DNA of 64,000 nt from Flaccisagitta enflata (Eukaryota), in NCBI GenBank assembly GCA_965153355.1, contig OZ231126.1, forward strand, positions 43,648,001 to 43,712,000, given 5' to 3'. Positions 61,601 to 64,000 of the stretch are shown here, piece by piece; the stretch's first letter is position 1; every line of letters begins with the position of its first letter. The notes below the pieces were generated by a model. That model saw only the letters and a program-made list of their open reading frames with translations. It was not told the DNA's origin and did not search any database. The position numbers and the translations under genes were made by a program.

Positions 61601-62368
61601 CCGACGGCCTTGTCGCATTTCCTCCTCCAGCTGCCTACCCCATCTGTCTCTCTCCGCACTCCTGTTGACGAAGCGTCGCCTCGCCCTCTCCTGCGGCGTC
61701 AGTCCGTTGATGATCCCACGACCTCTTGCAAGAGCATCGGCGTCGTCGAGATCCGCAAGCATGTCGTCAGCTTGCTCCATCGGAGACGCACGCGCAGGTT
61801 CAATTTCCGAGACCAAATCTGAGACCCACTGATTGACGGCATCTCCTCTTTGGATCGGCGGCAGATTTAAGAATTGGCCGCCAGTTGGAGATTGCGCGCC
61901 ATGTCGCGGGACCGGAAGTGGCAGATACTTGGATCCGTCGGGGTTTGGCGAAGACGTTCGCATCCTTGGAGTTGGAGCGCCAGTAACATTGTCACGGGCG
62001 GCGTGAGTATCAGTTGGGAGACTATTCCATGAGAATTCATTGATGGGTCTTTTACGATTCCCAATGTCATTGTGCATTGCGTTCACGATGTCGGCGTTGG
62101 AAGGAAAACCCTCTGGATAGTTTTCACGATCGAAGAAACGCATGGAGTTCCATTCGCGCCGGATTCGACGCAGAGTGGACGCCGCGAATCGAAGAGGGTC
62201 GCCGGGCATCGAGTCGAGCGCCATTTGCCTTGCGTATGATATGAAGTCGTAGACCATATCCCGAAGGCCGTGTCGAGCGCCATCTGATTCACATGCGGCG
62301 TCGTCGAAATCACATGACCCTTCGGCGCAAGCGGCAACGGCGTCGAAAAGGCGCCGGCATCCTTCCAT
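58676..62368 (-). CDS. gag: BEL/Pao Gag, 1230 aa, with a long Gln-rich region
   Basis: Open ORF ending in the BEL-type triple Cys-His cluster CNVCSGMHQTEEC, CFHCLAPGHNAKGC, CQTCKKRHATILH. Confidence 0.88.
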   Translation of the reverse strand: MEGCRRLFDAVAACAEGSCDFDDAACESDGARHGLRDMVYDFISYARQMALDSMPGDPLRFAASTLRRIRREWNSMRFFDRENYPEGFPSNADIVNAMHNDIGNRKRPINEFSWNSLPTDTHAARDNVTGAPTPRMRTSSPNPDGSKYLPLPVPRHGAQSPTGGQFLNLPPIQRGDAVNQWVSDLVSEIEPARASPMEQADDMLADLDDADALARGRGIINGLTPQERARRRFVNRSAERDRWGRQLEEEMRQGRRLIDDMQQQQREEEQRRQQEQQQQHQLQMQQQQLQQQRQLHRPQEQQQTTAQRQQQELLQQQQLQQLQQFRQQDQQQRQILQPVPQPVVQQQQQHEQQQQQQQQQQQGLQQHQPVMQPHEQQQQRQNNADERTQQQLQQQQQPSAAIPAVVVDPPASNNHPVESMNVSEETEEERQQRLAEQRLRMMAEGEDGGAAAAPKAPIAVPLGFQQRSSSQEDKELYDRMCNFRQQQQRDEDRRAGVFNNAAEMQRKHWNSLNDGGIGGALEQRDVKLRQLSELDKQQPQHPPKDRRSIFKNFNPGLFNSNLQQHHVQSVETSVKQPMQQQQHLEQQQQQGQRQHQLQQQNEQQQHPDQQQQLQHQQWQQQRLQQQQQHQYQHHQTPAATILPTAPEVIFEKQIGSARRETDLPHQEEKVFNTAGSGGDATEAMRRRQRQEAADAKLAQQLQDKERRKVAPKKTMSGLQPKAPKVAQAPLATPQAEVIQQNQRLQQEVDSLKMQIQQRDFDLAAAREEEKQRKEEQQQRQYVRQDFDAPRFHQDDRQQQMNQQEEVGWSVKTTKKRSPVKVGGQYAFTQQPPAYHQVEHHQVARQPEVHVQMPNNPALDMFLERAAYNDHMRAREVGLKALERARPEKPLQELSSTDFMMWKRKFKDAEKHEGLTQMDILLELPKWFAGPAKEIIETATIGATEATARGEIDDAFAKMDVVFMARRCNIAALFNEIVAEAKIQSADHARHFNLSARLQKAKKIARTCGEVQQCYRDELLQEILNKRVPHLADKFWEKQHEAAQNGQSFSFDNLVNMIETWAVIQRNKGASCKTASVAAVATTEKEAPSSYEDALTNGKQKVQSTDRCNVCSGMHQTEECHQLLELEVDARVQKIMSRRLCFHCLAPGHNAKGCANRPTCQTCKKRHATILHGRTYKKERKGREERRNKQGNKVPLAPFKKSEDAAAAAPTAPSTTEAADPTEVISPNATA

Positions 62369-62548
62369 CTCCGCCGTGATGTTCTTTCATCGCTACAAAC
62401 GATCCGACCTCGGACACTGATTCAAACCGAAGCGAGATACACGAGGACGTTAGCGGTCGAGACGGTGTCGCCGTTACGCGGCTGCCATTGTCCAATTTCG
62501 CTTTCGGAGGTCGAAGATGGAAAGAATGTGTCGCTTAAATTGTTGAAA

Positions 62549-63458
62549 TATAAGTTACGCCCACGAGTTTCAACTGGCACTGTCTATGAGCGTCTATCTG
62601 ACTGACGACTTGTGGTGAAAGAAAGTTGGCCGATTGGAAAATAGGAAGGCGATCGTCTCGCTTATTCCATGAAAATTTCAACAACTGGAAGAGAGGGGAA
62701 AAATGAAAGGGAAAGGGCGTTAATGGTGATCAGCAAACGCAAAGATAACATGAAATCGAGACAGGACACAATAAAGGACAGAAACAGCACATGACAACAT
62801 GTTCATCTTCTTCAGAGCCCATGCCACCTGATAATACCTGCCCCTGCCCCGGCCTATCCCATTAAATTCATCCATATCATCCCCATAGTAAGCTGATCGG
62901 GCAAGCGATAAAAACCATACTAAAATCCGGCGATAAAAATGCAAAAAAGCAAAAGACAAGAATAACAGACCGGAAGACAAGATAAAAACAACGTTAATAA
63001 AAGCAATGACGCGTCTATAAAACTTACTTTAGGCCCACTTTCGTTGGTTTCAACCCACAGTCTGTCGAAGTCAAACTAACGTTAATTGTCCGTTCATAAG
63101 TTTATCTGCAATAAAAAGATGAGAGATTATTGAAATTAGTGAATTCCAAGGGCACATTCAATCAATCACGAAAAGTCAATCAATCACTTTAGGAAGCAAT
63201 GCCGCAAATAAATAAAAACAATCAATCCAAAATTGGATGACACGAAGACGAGTTACGTATGTTTGTCTACGTAATAAAAACAAATGGCACAAAATACAAG
63301 GCGCAACCATATGGTTACCCATCTAGCGTTCAATATAAGAAATGGCGAGAAACAAAAGACGCCGGCATTGAATAATAGGAAAAGAAGAAAAGCCAAAAGC
63401 ACGCAAAAGAAACAAAGGCAGTCATACTTAATAGACGGACGGACATACATTTCTAACA
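62549..63458 (-). repeat. 5' LTR (910 bp)
   Basis: Begins TGTTAG and ends CTTATA on the minus strand. Confidence 0.95.
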
Positions 63459-63702
63459 CCCACAGTTATATGACTTTCCACTGAGAATCCTTTTAAAAGC
63501 ACAGTGTGGTCATTGTTGGTCATTTTTGGTCATTTTGGTCATTTCTGGTCATTATTGATCAGTTTTGATCATTTTTGATCATTTTTGATCATTTTTGGTC
63601 ATTTTGGTCATTTTGGTCATTTTTGGTCATTTTTGGTCATTTTTGATCATTTTGGTCATTTTTGGTCATTTTTGGTCATTTTTGGTCATTTTTGGTCATT
63701 TT

Positions 63703-64000
63703 TGGTTAAAGTCTGCTGGTTAAAGTCTGCTGGTTAAAGTCTGCTGGGTAAAGTCTGATGGTTAAAGTCTGCTGGTTTAAATCTGCTGGTTTAAATCTGC
63801 TGGTTTAAATCCAATGGGTTAAGTCTGCTGGTTAAAGTCTGCTGGTTAAAAATGCTGGTTTAAGTCTGCTGGTTTAAGTCTGCTGGTTTAAATCTAATGG
63901 TTTAAGTCTGCTGGTCTAATGGTTTAAGTCTGCTGGTTTAAGTCTACTGGTTAAAATGATATTAAAGATGAGTATGGTTTAAGTCTGGTTTAAGTCTGGT
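63703..64000. repeat. 14-bp minisatellite (GGTTAAAGTCTGCT)
   Basis: Direct tandem repetition to the window end. Confidence 0.93.

Larger units (their letters stand above)
50192..63458 (-). mobile_element. BEL/Pao LTR retrotransposon, 13.3 kb
   Basis: LTRs at 62549-63458 (5') and 50192-51104 (3'); 5-bp TSD CCCAC (50187-50191, 63459-63463); PPT-like GGGGCAGAA before the 3' LTR; gag-PR-RT-IN order with BEL-type motifs. Confidence 0.95.
49620..63506. mobile_element. About 610-bp MITE with CACTGTG termini and long TIRs (49620-50191 plus 63464-63506), split by the LTR element
   Basis: CACTGTGCTTTTAAAA...TCATATAACTGTGGGTTTTTCTGCA at the left is inverted relative to ...TGCAGAAAAACCCAC|AGTTATATGA...TTTTAAAAGCACAGTG. 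Apparent TSD TGGT. Ends are Chapaev- or Transib-like. Confidence 0.8.

Overview
Eukaryotic, most likely invertebrate animal, genomic DNA with TTAGGG-type repeats, spliced genes and dense microsatellites and transposons. Bases 1-10.7 kb hold a 154-bp satellite, then a block of telomere-like composite repeats that flips orientation repeatedly. Inside that block is a ~4.2-kb GC-rich cassette with (CCCTAA)n on its left and (TTAGGG)n on its right. The cassette carries a TATA-preceded, intronless tyrosine-recombinase gene (one stop, one frameshift), antisense 18S rRNA fragments, GC-rich subrepeats and a ~196-bp imperfect palindrome; it is the most unusual feature here. Bases 14.8-43.3 kb hold four spliced host genes: a coiled-coil protein, an ankyrin-repeat/SOCS-box protein, an endophilin-like BAR-SH3 protein with a long N-terminal extension, and a compact divergent ionotropic-receptor-like channel. 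Bases 44-64 kb hold a decayed TIR transposon with a 7-bp TSD and a 13.3-kb BEL/Pao LTR retrotransposon (near-identical LTRs, intact Q-rich gag, broken pol, extra ORF region) nested in a MITE inside a minisatellite-bearing repeat. All gene models, alignments and family calls were made by eye; no searches were run.
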